Positions 47,568 through 57,149 of a stretch of DNA of 64,000 nt are shown one piece after another (within the stretch, counting starts at the first letter, position 1; every line of letters begins with the position of its first letter). Source of the DNA: Sphingobacteriaceae bacterium (GTDB lineage Bacteria; Bacteroidota; Bacteroidia; Sphingobacteriales; Sphingobacteriaceae); contig JAHEGO010000001.1 in NCBI GenBank assembly GCA_024645045.1, forward strand, positions 73,600 through 137,599. Direction: 5' to 3'. The notes under the pieces were generated by a model. The model had not been told where the DNA came from, did no database searches, and was given only the letters and a program-made list of their open reading frames with translations. The position numbers were made by a program, and so were the translations under genes.

Positions 47568-48349
47568 TGAGAAAGCAATTTATCTTTTTCTTTTTTTTAT
47601 TTATTGTTTTTACAAAACAAACCATGTCGCAAGTAAAATTATTGGCGACCAAAATAAAAAAATATCAAATCGATCAGTTAGGAAATGTGTTTTACATTGA
47701 CGTAAAAAATAATATTGTAAAAATAGATGCCATAAGCGCTAAGGCGATTAACTATGCTGCTTTGAGCAATGGCGAGGCAGAAATTATTGATGTGTCGAAT
47801 CCTTTCTCAGTATTAGTTTATTACCCTAATTTTTTCAAAGCAAAAATATTAGATGTTAATTTATCTGAGATTGCCGACTACGATTTGAGAAGCAATTACC
47901 CAAACTCGTTTTTCTCTCTTGTTTGCACTGCGCCTGTCAATGGCTTTTGGGCTTATGATGAGTTTACTCGAAAGCTGTTTAAGTTAGACGGCAACTTTCA
48001 ATCAAAACAACAATCGCAAGATATTTATCTATATACTAAAAAAATTATCAAGCCCAATTATTTATGTGCAAGTAAAGAAGAGGTATTTTTGAATGACCCA
48101 AAAGTTGGCATACTTGTTTTTGATTTTTTCGGTAGTTATAAAAAAACCATTCCAATACTGGGCCTGAAAAGGTTCTCAATAGTTAATGAGAAATTGCAGT
48201 TTGCAAATGCTGGTAATATACTTGACTATCAAGCAATGAAAATAGATACAGTTTTTAAAAACCAGAACACAAGCGACCAGCTTTCATTTAGTGCTAATAA
48301 GATTTATTGGATGCAGTCCGACAGCCTATTCGCCAAGCCAATAAAATAG
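47567..48349 (+). CDS. hypothetical secreted protein
   Basis: 260 aa with a signal-like N-terminus and no recognised motif. Its ATG overlaps the lpxH stop (TAATG). Confidence 0.5.
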   Translation: MRKQFIFFFFLFIVFTKQTMSQVKLLATKIKKYQIDQLGNVFYIDVKNNIVKIDAISAKAINYAALSNGEAEIIDVSNPFSVLVYYPNFFKAKILDVNLSEIADYDLRSNYPNSFFSLVCTAPVNGFWAYDEFTRKLFKLDGNFQSKQQSQDIYLYTKKIIKPNYLCASKEEVFLNDPKVGILVFDFFGSYKKTIPILGLKRFSIVNEKLQFANAGNILDYQAMKIDTVFKNQNTSDQLSFSANKIYWMQSDSLFAKPIK

Positions 48350-48432
48350 GCTAAGCCTTTTTAAATTCCCTAAAGGGTCAAAAAAAATCAGTTTATTTCG
48401 TAAATTGCGCCCTGTTTCAGGGATTAAAAAAT

Positions 48433-49503
48433 ATGTTAGAAAAATTAGAAGCAATTAAAAGAAGATTTGAAGATGTTGAAGTGGAGCTTTCGTCTCCAAC
48501 TGCCATGTCTGACATGAAACGTTTTGCTCAATTAAATAAAGAATACAAAGAGTTGTCTAAAATTGTGGCTGAATACCACATTTATAGCAACATCATGAGC
48601 AATATCGAATCAAATAAGGAAATTTTAGCTACTGAAAAAGACGAAGAGTTTAGGGAGATGGCTAAATCAGAATTAGACACACTGATTCACGAAAGAGATA
48701 AAATGGAGGAAGATATTCGCTTAATGTTAATCCCTTCCGATCCAGAAGATGCTAAAAATGCCATTCTGGAAATCCGTGCTGGTACAGGTGGCGATGAAGC
48801 CAGTTTATTTGCAGGAGATTTATTTAGAATGTATCAACGTTTTTGTGAAAACAAAGGTTGGAAGACCGAATTGGTTGATTATACCCAAGGCACCGCAGGC
48901 GGTTATAAAGAGATTATCTTAAACGTATCTGGCGAGGATGTTTATGGTACTTTAAAATACGAATCAGGGGTACATCGTGTGCAAAGAGTACCTGCTACAG
49001 AAACACAAGGCAGGGTGCATACTTCAGCAGCTTCAATTGTAGTTTTGCCAGAAGCAGACGAATTCGATATTGATTTAAAAGTCAATGATATTCGTAAAGA
49101 TTTATTTTGTTCATCTGGTCCAGGTGGGCAATCGGTGAACACTACATATTCTGCAGTTCGTTTAACCCATATTCCAACTGGAATTGTTGCGCAGTGTCAA
49201 GATGAAAAATCGCAACATAAAAACTACGATAAAGCACTTTCGGTTCTTAGATCTCGTATTTACGAGATGGAATACGCGAAACATTTAGAAGAAGTTTCGA
49301 AAAAAAGGAAGACCATGGTGGCAACTGGCGACAGATCTGCTAAAATCAGGACTTATAATTACCCTCAAAGTAGATTAACTGAACACCGCATCGGATTGAC
49401 TTCTTATAATTTAAATGGAGTGATGAATGGTGATATTCAGGATATTATAGACGCTTTGCAATTTGCAGAGAACGCAGAGAAATTAAAAGAAGGAACTATT
49501 TAA
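48433..49503 (+). CDS. prfA: peptide chain release factor 1
   Basis: RF1-type PAT tripeptide ([11 protein letters not shown]) and the GGQ motif (SGPGGQSVN). Confidence 0.95.
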   Translation: MLEKLEAIKRRFEDVEVELSSPTAMSDMKRFAQLNKEYKELSKIVAEYHIYSNIMSNIESNKEILATEKDEEFREMAKSELDTLIHERDKMEEDIRLMLIPSDPEDAKNAILEIRAGTGGDEASLFAGDLFRMYQRFCENKGWKTELVDYTQGTAGGYKEIILNVSGEDVYGTLKYESGVHRVQRVPATETQGRVHTSAASIVVLPEADEFDIDLKVNDIRKDLFCSSGPGGQSVNTTYSAVRLTHIPTGIVAQCQDEKSQHKNYDKALSVLRSRIYEMEYAKHLEEVSKKRKTMVATGDRSAKIRTYNYPQSRLTEHRIGLTSYNLNGVMNGDIQDIIDALQFAENAEKLKEGTI

Positions 49504-49556
49504 TCGATTTATTTCGATAAATTTCATTTTTTTATTGATAAAACCATATTAGACTG

Positions 49557-49564
49557 TATATTTG
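49557..49564 (+). promoter_or_regulatory. candidate -7 promoter box (TATATTTG) for tRNA-Asp
   Basis: Exact TAnnTTTG match ending 17 nt before the tRNA 5' end. TTG at 49535-49537 is a possible -33 element. Confidence 0.55.
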
Positions 49565-49581
49565 CAGTCCCATAGGGAAAC

Positions 49582-49655
49582 GGAGTGGTAGTTCAGCTGG
49601 TTAGAATGCCTGCCTGTCACGCAGGAGGTCGCGGGTTCGAGTCCCGTCCATTCCG
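49582..49655 (+). tRNA. tRNA-Asp (anticodon GTC)
   Basis: Folded by hand as a 74-nt cloverleaf. Acceptor stem is GGAGTGG/CCATTCC, with D arm GTTC-AGCTGGTTA-GAAT. The anticodon arm is CCTGC-CTGTCAC-GCAGG, with T arm GCGGG-TTCGAGT-CCCGT. Discriminator is G and CCA is not encoded. Confidence 0.9.
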
Positions 49656-49656
49656 C

Positions 49657-49688
49657 AAAAAGCTTTAGAGAAATCTAAAGCTTTTTTT
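49657..49688. terminator. hairpin plus T-run terminator after tRNA-Asp (may also serve convergent nupC)
   Basis: Stem AGCTTTAGA/TCTAAAGCT (49661-49669 and 49674-49682), extendable by A:T pairs, with loop GAAA. T-run at 49682-49688. Confidence 0.75.
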
Positions 49689-49730
49689 GTTTCTAATTGT
49701 TTTGAAAGAACTAAATAGTAATCAGTCTTA

Positions 49731-51014
49731 TTACATTAACAAACCTGCAATAGTAGCAGATAAGTATGAAGCAAGCGTTCCGCAAATTAATGCTTTGAAG
49801 CCTAGTTTGGCTAGGTCTGCGCGTCTGTTTGGCGCTAGCTCGCCAATTCCTCCAACTTGTATTGCAATAGAGCTAAAATTGGCAAAACCACATAGTGCAA
49901 AACTTACAATTACTATAGATTTTTTAGACAGTACACCGGCTGCAATCATTGGAGATAGATTGGAGTAGGCCACAAATTCATTGATGACCAATTTGGTTCC
50001 CATTAATGCACCTACTAAGTGTGTGTCTTTTGATGGTACACCCATTACAAATGCAAAAATTGAGAATACTGCGCCTAGAATTTCTTTCAAGCTTAATTCC
50101 TTTAATGAAATGCCAATCATGCTTAAATCTAAGCTAGTGTTATAATAAAGTGCGCGTCCTAAATAACCTAAGCCTGCATCAACCATTGCAATTAAAGCAA
50201 TAAAACCTAAAAGCATGGCAATTACATTTAAAGAAATACGCATGCCATCACTTGCGCCATGTGAAATGGCATCCATTAAATTGGCATGTGCTTTTTTAAT
50301 TTCAAGTCTAACTTTTCCTTTTGTTTCGGATGCTTCTGTTTCGGGGTAAACAATTTTTGCAATTACCAATGCACCTGGTGCGGCCATTATACTTGCTGCA
50401 ATTAAATATTCCGCAGGCACACCCATTGAAATATAAACCGCCATTACGCCACCTGCAATACAAGCCATACTGCCAGCCATACTTGCAAGTAGTTCTGATT
50501 TTGTCATTCCAGAAATATAAGGCTTGATCATTATTTGTGCTTCAACTTGGCCAACAAATGCACTGCCAACATTTGACAAAGCCTCTGAACCGCTTACGCC
50601 CATTAACTTATGAACGGCTCTTGCAAAAACTGCTACAATTCTTTGCATTAAACCAATATGGTAAGCGATACTTACCAATACAGATACAAAAATAATTGTA
50701 GGGATAATTTTAAAGAAAAAGATAAATGTATTGCTGATCCCGAAAACAGGAGCTAGTAGTGAAGAGTTTACAAGTGGTCCAAAAACAAAATCCGCGCCTT
50801 TGTTAGAGAAGTCTAGTAACATAGTTATAAAGTAACCAATTTTTGCAAACACAACTTGACCGAGCGGAACCTTTAAAATAAAAACCGCAAGTATTGCTTG
50901 AATAAGCAATCCGGTGAAAACTAATTTTTTGTCAATTGCTTTTCTGTTATTAGAAAGTAAGAATGCAATTCCTAAAATAACAATGATGCCTATGATGCCG
51001 AAATAACGATCCAT
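49731..51014 (-). CDS. nupC: NupC/CNT family nucleoside transporter
   Basis: 427-aa polytopic membrane protein. The N-terminus MDRYFGIIGIIVILGIAFLLSNNRKAI and overall pattern match the concentrative nucleoside transporter family from memory. Confidence 0.8.
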   Translation of the reverse strand: MDRYFGIIGIIVILGIAFLLSNNRKAIDKKLVFTGLLIQAILAVFILKVPLGQVVFAKIGYFITMLLDFSNKGADFVFGPLVNSSLLAPVFGISNTFIFFFKIIPTIIFVSVLVSIAYHIGLMQRIVAVFARAVHKLMGVSGSEALSNVGSAFVGQVEAQIMIKPYISGMTKSELLASMAGSMACIAGGVMAVYISMGVPAEYLIAASIMAAPGALVIAKIVYPETEASETKGKVRLEIKKAHANLMDAISHGASDGMRISLNVIAMLLGFIALIAMVDAGLGYLGRALYYNTSLDLSMIGISLKELSLKEILGAVFSIFAFVMGVPSKDTHLVGALMGTKLVINEFVAYSNLSPMIAAGVLSKKSIVIVSFALCGFANFSSIAIQVGGIGELAPNRRADLAKLGFKALICGTLASYLSATIAGLLM

Positions 51015-51104
51015 GTTTCAGTTTTTTTTCTTAAAAATAGAATTATTTTTAAATAATTGCATCATTAAAATTAATAGGCATATGTATTTAAATTATAAAC
51101 AAAG

Positions 51105-52544
51105 CTAAAAACCAAGTATAGAAACCGCTAAGTTCCCTTCGCAGGCTACTTGTATGGCAAGTGATTTTTCTTCTAACAAAATATCACTTGGTTCAAAATG
51201 TTTAATCTTGCCATTTAATCGAATGTATTTGAAGTTTGCATTCGCCATTGCGTTATTCGCAACTCCTTGCATTTCCAACATTTGCGATTTCATTGGATAT
51301 GCTAATTGCTGTTCGATTTGTTTTTTCAAGGTGTTCTTGACTAAGAAAGCAGCTGGTCCAACCAATGCATTTTTACTCTTCACATCAAAATCAAAATTAT
51401 TTATTTTTAACTGTTGTGTTTCTTTATCATAATAAGGTGTACCTAGTGCGTATAATTCTGCATTTATTTTTTTGGTAAAAAAACCTTTAGTTATTTCTGC
51501 AGTTAAATTTATTTTTGCGCCAATTCGATCCCCATTGTTAAAAATTTCTAAATGATGAATGGTAACTTTTTCTTTTCCAGTATTAAATTCAAATGTTTTT
51601 TCAGCTATGGCTGCATTTGCTAATAAGCTTGCTTGTGTGTAATTAATAGCTGCTTTACAATAAAGCGTAAAACTGCTGTCAAATTTTTGATTTTGACTTA
51701 AATTAGGCAACGGTTTTAAGCTTGTAGCGATTGGCTTTTCTCCAGATACAATGCTTATTCCAGCTTTGATTCCTACATAAAATAAAATACTTGTTCCGTT
51801 GCTATTAATTTTTGAAACCGCTATAGATTCTGGCGAAATTAACAAGTAACTTTTATAGTTTTCGTTTATCAATTGCGCTTGTTGAAATTCATTCCAATAT
51901 TTTTCAATCATTGGTTTAATTTTTAGCATCTTGCTAATTTCTTGATCAAGTTGCGCATTTAAATCTTTCGCTTTTAGATTTAAAACAGATTCAATAACAG
52001 AGGCAATTGGAATTTTAATCAAGCCCAATTCTAAGTAAGGTTTTTCTCGCCATTGAAAATTTGCCTCGGAGCTTGTTTGAATATCCCAATTACTTCCGAT
52101 GCCTATTTTACTGTTTATGGTTAAGTTGATTTTAAACGTAGCTTCTTTCGATTGATCAACGCCCACTGTTTGATCAAACATGCTAAAAAAGTCTTTTTTA
52201 AGTCTGCCTTTAACATAAATTTCTATCGGAGCAGTAAAAGTAATTTTATCTCCCGCCCCAGTAATTTTAAAATCAGCAAGTTTAGTTATTTTAATAATGA
52301 GATTATCATTGTTATTATTTTCGAAACTTTCGTCATTGTATAGAATGCCGTTAAATTGTTTATTGATGTTATTTTCTATTGCAAGGCAATTGATACTAAT
52401 GGGTAAATTGATGCTAGATAATGGGAGTGTGCTTTTTTTTGCTACACCAACATCGGGCTTTAACGCGATTGTTTGTTGTGTGCCACAACTATTAAAAAGT
52501 AAGGAAATACTAATAGTTAACAGGAATAATGGCAGTTTTTTCAT
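51105..52544 (-). CDS. hypothetical lipoprotein (possibly DUF4403 family)
   Basis: Starting at MKKLPLFLLTISISLLFNSCG (52544) gives a lipoprotein signal, so the track start at 52613 is an over-extension. The family call is from weak memory only. Confidence 0.45.
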   Translation of the reverse strand: MKKLPLFLLTISISLLFNSCGTQQTIALKPDVGVAKKSTLPLSSINLPISINCLAIENNINKQFNGILYNDESFENNNNDNLIIKITKLADFKITGAGDKITFTAPIEIYVKGRLKKDFFSMFDQTVGVDQSKEATFKINLTINSKIGIGSNWDIQTSSEANFQWREKPYLELGLIKIPIASVIESVLNLKAKDLNAQLDQEISKMLKIKPMIEKYWNEFQQAQLINENYKSYLLISPESIAVSKINSNGTSILFYVGIKAGISIVSGEKPIATSLKPLPNLSQNQKFDSSFTLYCKAAINYTQASLLANAAIAEKTFEFNTGKEKVTIHHLEIFNNGDRIGAKINLTAEITKGFFTKKINAELYALGTPYYDKETQQLKINNFDFDVKSKNALVGPAAFLVKNTLKKQIEQQLAYPMKSQMLEMQGVANNAMANANFKYIRLNGKIKHFEPSDILLEEKSLAIQVACEGNLAVSILGF

Positions 52545-52659
52545 ATAAATCAAAAAGTTTATGCTAAAGTAACAAAAATGCCAAAACTTAACCCATAAGC
52601 CTATTCTAATCATTTAGCATTTTTATATATATTTACTTTGAATATCAAATCCACTAATA

Positions 52660-55209
52660 ATGAAAAATATTAAAATTTACAGCATTACAGCATTAGCAAT
52701 GTTATTCATTAATGCTACTGTTTTTGCTCAAACTGAAAGCATTGTAACTTCATATAATGGAGTTGCTACAGAGCATACAACTATTGATTTTAAAGCTATA
52801 GCATTGGTTAATGCTTACAACAAATCTGTAGCAAAACCAATTCAGTTTATTGGTAATAGAAAAGCGAGGCCAATTCCAGAAATGGATATCAATCGCACAG
52901 GCAAGACTGTTCATGAAGATCCATTTGGAGTGCAAAGCGCAGTTGCAAATAAATCATCAGTTCCTAATCCTTCTCCTTCACCAATTTCAAACTTTGCTGG
53001 CATAAGCGATAATAACGTTTCTATTCCGCCAGATGTAAATGGTACAGTAGGCTTAACACATGTAATGACAACATTAAACACACAGGTGAGAATTTCTGAT
53101 AGAAATGGCGTTACTATAAGCACTGTTTCTTTAGATGCATTTTGGGCACCTGTAGGAAGTGCAACAGGTTGTTATGATCCTAAAGTTTTATACGACCATG
53201 AAGCCAACAGATGGATGATTGTTTCATCTTGTAATGCTCAAACTGTAAATTCAAGCACCTTATTAGGAATTTCAAACACCGGCGATCCAACTGCAGGCTG
53301 GCACTTATACAGAGTTGACGTAGACTCAACAAATAAAAAATGGGTAGATTATCCAAGTATTGGTTTCAATGATAAATGGATTGTAGTGCAAATGAATTTA
53401 TTTGCGATGCCTAATAACAGTGGTACGTCACATCAAATTTATGTATGGAACAAAGCGGATTTATATGCAGGTGGCTCCGGACTATTTAAAAGATTTGAAA
53501 TTACCAACGAAGCAACTGCAATTGCTTGCCCATCTATACATTACGATAGGTCAATTGGTAAAATGTACACTTTCAGGGTTTCATCAGGCAGTAGTGGAGG
53601 CAATGGAATCTTAGGAATGAGAACGATAACTGGGCCAGTAGGTTCAGAAGTTTTATCTAATGAAACCGTAATTACAACACCAAACCCTTGGGCCAGTACA
53701 GGAAATAATAATACCAATTTCGCGCCTCAGTTAGGTACAATTAAAACGATAGCTGCAAATGATCATCGCATGCGTCAAGTGATTGTTAGAAATGGTAAAA
53801 TTTATGCAGTTCATTGCGTGTATTTGCCTGCAACAGGCGCAACTAGGGCAAGTGTACAATGGTGGCAATTCGATTCTACTGGAGCAGTAGTTCAAAGAAG
53901 CAGAATTGATGACCCAACTGGAAAAAAGTTTTATGCGTTTCCTAGTATAGCCGTTAATAAAGCAAATGATGTATTAGTTGGGTATGCAAGTTTTTCTCCA
54001 TTACAATACGCAAGTGGCGCTTATTCTTTTAGAGCAGGCACAGATCCAATCAACACCATGCGCGATGAATATATATTTAAAGGAGGAGAAAATATTTATT
54101 TTAAAGATTTTGGCGGAACCAGAAACCGTTGGGGAGATTATACAAATACAGTTGTTGACCCTGCTAATGATTCTACTTTTTGGACCATTCAAGAATACGC
54201 TGGTTATACAGCAAACACTTGGGCTACTTGGTGGGCACAAATTAAGCCAAATGCATTAACGGCAGATTTTACAGCAGATAATAAAGTTATTTGTGCAGGC
54301 GAGACAATTAACTTTACTAATACTTCTAATTTTTCTGGAAGCAATATCAGTTGGACATTTGCAGGTGGAACACCGGCAACATCTACTGTTGCGAATCCTA
54401 CTGTTACCTATGCGACTAATGGAAGATTTAAAGTTACATTAACAGTCGATGGAAAAGTGCAAGACAAAGATGGTTATATAATTGTAAATGCTTTACCAAA
54501 AACTTCAGGGATAGTAAGTGGTAATAATTTATGTGTAGGTAAAACAGTAACAATTACTGCATCTCAGGCTGCGGCTACATATGCGTGGAACACTGGTGCA
54601 ACATCAAGAAGCATTACAGTTAATACTTCTGGCGACTATTACTGTAATATTTTAGCATCGAATGGATTGTGTTCGGCTACAACTGATACTTTTAAAATCA
54701 GATTTAAACCATTACCAGTTGTTACACTTGATAGTTTAATGCCAGTAAATCCAAATGGCAGACCAGTAACTTTATATGGTGGTTCGCCTGCAGGTGGTGT
54801 TTATTCTGGAACTGGTGTAAGCAATGGAATTTTTGATCCAGCGGTAAGTGGCGTAGGCATTTTTAACATTACTTATACTTATACAGATACAGCCGGTTGT
54901 GTAAATGCTGCAACCAGAACACTTGAAGTTACTGCGCTTGCCGGTATAAGTGTGAATGTTAAAGAATTTAAAATAACACCGAATCCAAGTTCAGGGATTC
55001 TAAACTTGTTATTGTTAACAGAGTCGCCTAGTGCATTGAAAATAAAAGTATTGGATCAATTAGGGAAAGTAGTTTTTGAATTAGATAGAAATGAAAATTT
55101 AAGTGTTCATAAAGAGCAATTAGATTTAACACATCTTGCAAAAGGAGTTTATGTTATCCAGGCAATCTCAGGAGACAAAACAAATTCAAGCAAATTTGTT
55201 ATCAAATAA
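52660..55209 (+). CDS. secreted multidomain protein: unassigned ~540-aa N-terminal region, PKD-like/Ig-like repeats, T9SS C-terminal sorting domain
   Basis: 849 aa with a signal peptide. The PKD-like segment is FTADNKVICAGETINFTNTS...VTLTVDG. The C-terminal roughly 80 aa (KITPNPSSGILNL...GVYVIQAISGDKTNSSKFVIK) look like a T9SS CTD. Confidence 0.7.
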   Translation: MKNIKIYSITALAMLFINATVFAQTESIVTSYNGVATEHTTIDFKAIALVNAYNKSVAKPIQFIGNRKARPIPEMDINRTGKTVHEDPFGVQSAVANKSSVPNPSPSPISNFAGISDNNVSIPPDVNGTVGLTHVMTTLNTQVRISDRNGVTISTVSLDAFWAPVGSATGCYDPKVLYDHEANRWMIVSSCNAQTVNSSTLLGISNTGDPTAGWHLYRVDVDSTNKKWVDYPSIGFNDKWIVVQMNLFAMPNNSGTSHQIYVWNKADLYAGGSGLFKRFEITNEATAIACPSIHYDRSIGKMYTFRVSSGSSGGNGILGMRTITGPVGSEVLSNETVITTPNPWASTGNNNTNFAPQLGTIKTIAANDHRMRQVIVRNGKIYAVHCVYLPATGATRASVQWWQFDSTGAVVQRSRIDDPTGKKFYAFPSIAVNKANDVLVGYASFSPLQYASGAYSFRAGTDPINTMRDEYIFKGGENIYFKDFGGTRNRWGDYTNTVVDPANDSTFWTIQEYAGYTANTWATWWAQIKPNALTADFTADNKVICAGETINFTNTSNFSGSNISWTFAGGTPATSTVANPTVTYATNGRFKVTLTVDGKVQDKDGYIIVNALPKTSGIVSGNNLCVGKTVTITASQAAATYAWNTGATSRSITVNTSGDYYCNILASNGLCSATTDTFKIRFKPLPVVTLDSLMPVNPNGRPVTLYGGSPAGGVYSGTGVSNGIFDPAVSGVGIFNITYTYTDTAGCVNAATRTLEVTALAGISVNVKEFKITPNPSSGILNLLLLTESPSALKIKVLDQLGKVVFELDRNENLSVHKEQLDLTHLAKGVYVIQAISGDKTNSSKFVIK

Positions 55210-55223
55210 CTTCAACAATTAGC

Positions 55224-55257
55224 AAAGCCCGAGCAGAAATGTTCGGGCTTTTTTTTT
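55224..55257. terminator. hairpin plus T-run terminator between convergent T9SS cargo genes
   Basis: Stem AAAGCCCGAGC/GTTCGGGCTTT (one G:T pair) with loop AGAAAT, followed by 9 T on the plus strand. The minus-strand side is weaker at 3 T. Confidence 0.8.
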
Positions 55258-55259
55258 GA

Positions 55260-57149
55260 TTAAAATTTTATAAAAGGGCTGCTTAAAACTGCTTCTTCGG
55301 TAACCATTTTTAGCAAGTAATATCCAGCAGATAAATCTGCTAAATAAACATCTTCAGCTAAACTAAAACTTCCATTATATACCAAAGATTTTAGCAGTGT
55401 GCCTTGTGAATTGTAAATTTTAATTTCTTTTAAAGCTACAGCTTTTGAAAATGCCACATGGAGGCTTTCTTTTGCAGGGTTGGGTTTTAAAGCAATGGTG
55501 ATTTTTCCTAAATTTCCTGCATCTGCAATATTAGATACTTTCGACTTCGCTAATAACCAACGATTGGGATCAAAAATTAATTCATTAGGAGTGAAGTTCA
55601 AATCTAAAATAAAGTCTTGTCCAGAAAATTGATGATTGACTTTTAATAGCGTGTCTTGATTCCCATCACTTAATTGAAGCTCAATAGGCATATCAAAAAA
55701 CAATACACTAGGATCGCTTGTTTTTTGTTTAATTGTAACTATAACTTGATGGTTGGATTCATTTCTCCAAAGCACTTCGTAATTAGGATAGCCCTCTCCT
55801 TCAAACCAGTTTTTGAAAAAGCTATTCAAATTCATACCAGAAACATCCGCTAAATGATTTTGTAATTGTTGTGTATTTGCGAAATGATGTTGCAGTTTTT
55901 GATCTGTCAAATAATTTCTTATGCCCAGAAAAAAGAGCGAATCTCCCATCATACCTCTAAGCATGTGCAATAAATAAGAACCTTTTTTATAAGATAGGCG
56001 TTCATCAAATATGCGAGACACATTGTTGGTGTCTAGCACTTGTACCGCACCATTGGTTTGGTCGGTCACATAACTAATGGTGCTGGTTTTAAATAGGTTC
56101 CATTGCGCTGGATCCACTCCAAAATCGTTTGTTAAAGCCGCAAAGTAGGTGGCAAAGCCTTCGTTGAGCCAAATATCACTCCAGCTTCCACAAGTAACCA
56201 TATCTCCAAACCATTGATGTGCAAGTTCATGTGCAATTAACCCTCTATTAAAGTTGCCCATAAAACTCATGGTTTGGTGTTCCATTCCACCAGAAAATCC
56301 GCATTGCGCATGCCCATATTTTTCTTTTGCAAATGGATATGGGCCTGCTAAACTTTCATATAATTTTAAAATTGGAATAACAGCTTTGGTTTGAATTTTT
56401 GCATTTGTTAAATTTTGCGGATACACATAATTTAAAATTGGCAATGGTCCATTTGATAGCATTGCAGTGTCGGTATATTGTTCGTAATTACTTACTGCAA
56501 ATGCTACTAAATAACTTACAATTGGATAGCGATGTTTCCAATGATAAATGTAATCGTTGTTGCTAGAGTCTGTGTGAATTAGTAAGCCATTAGCTGCTGC
56601 TAAATACGGTTTAGGGTTGCGAATAAAAATATCAATTGAATCAATTTTGTCAGTTAAGTTTAACTTTGACGGCCACCACTCTAATGAGCCAAAAGGTTCT
56701 GAAAGCGTCCAAATAATTGGGCCGTAGCCGTGGTTGCTTTGGGTAAATGCGCCAAATCCTGATTTAGACGGTGCACCTTGGTAATGAATAATAATGGAAT
56801 CTTTTTGACCTTTTGTTATTTCATTAGGCAGAAAAATAATAAGTTGATTGAAATAGTTATGTGAAAAACGGATACTATCGTTATGGTAAATAACTGCGTC
56901 AACTTTTAACTTTTTAGACAAAGAAAATTGAATAGAATTTGTGTTTTCAATAGCCTCAAATTGATATTTAACTTCTCCATTAATATAATTAATAGCAGGG
57001 TCAACAGACCAATAGGCATTCAAATATTTTAGGTCAATATGGCTCGAGTCTATCGATGAAATATAATTGTTTGATAGTTTATTTTCTTGTGCAATTACCG
57101 TAAAATATTGCAAAGCAATTAAAGAAAGAAGTAAAATTCTTTTAAGCAT
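55260..57149 (-). CDS. M1 family zinc aminopeptidase with a T9SS C-terminal sorting domain
   Basis: Motifs are GGMEHQ (GxMEN-type), HELAHQWFGD (HEXXH) and WLNEGFATY. There is a signal peptide, and the C-terminal segment KPNPAKESLHV...GYYLLKMVTEEAVLSSPFIKF is CTD-like. Confidence 0.85.
   Translation of the reverse strand: MLKRILLLSLIALQYFTVIAQENKLSNNYISSIDSSHIDLKYLNAYWSVDPAINYINGEVKYQFEAIENTNSIQFSLSKKLKVDAVIYHNDSIRFSHNYFNQLIIFLPNEITKGQKDSIIIHYQGAPSKSGFGAFTQSNHGYGPIIWTLSEPFGSLEWWPSKLNLTDKIDSIDIFIRNPKPYLAAANGLLIHTDSSNNDYIYHWKHRYPIVSYLVAFAVSNYEQYTDTAMLSNGPLPILNYVYPQNLTNAKIQTKAVIPILKLYESLAGPYPFAKEKYGHAQCGFSGGMEHQTMSFMGNFNRGLIAHELAHQWFGDMVTCGSWSDIWLNEGFATYFAALTNDFGVDPAQWNLFKTSTISYVTDQTNGAVQVLDTNNVSRIFDERLSYKKGSYLLHMLRGMMGDSLFFLGIRNYLTDQKLQHHFANTQQLQNHLADVSGMNLNSFFKNWFEGEGYPNYEVLWRNESNHQVIVTIKQKTSDPSVLFFDMPIELQLSDGNQDTLLKVNHQFSGQDFILDLNFTPNELIFDPNRWLLAKSKVSNIADAGNLGKITIALKPNPAKESLHVAFSKAVALKEIKIYNSQGTLLKSLVYNGSFSLAEDVYLADLSAGYYLLKMVTEEAVLSSPFIKF

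Noticed and set aside
48433-49503. Programmed +1 frameshift of the release-factor type
   Set aside because: The gene is RF1 (PAT motif) and reads as one uninterrupted ORF. The known autoregulatory frameshift belongs to RF2.
49582-49730. tRNA-Asp as an integration hotspot or genomic island border
   Set aside because: No integrase, direct repeat of the tRNA 3' end, or foreign-looking genes are nearby. The neighbours are prfA and nupC.
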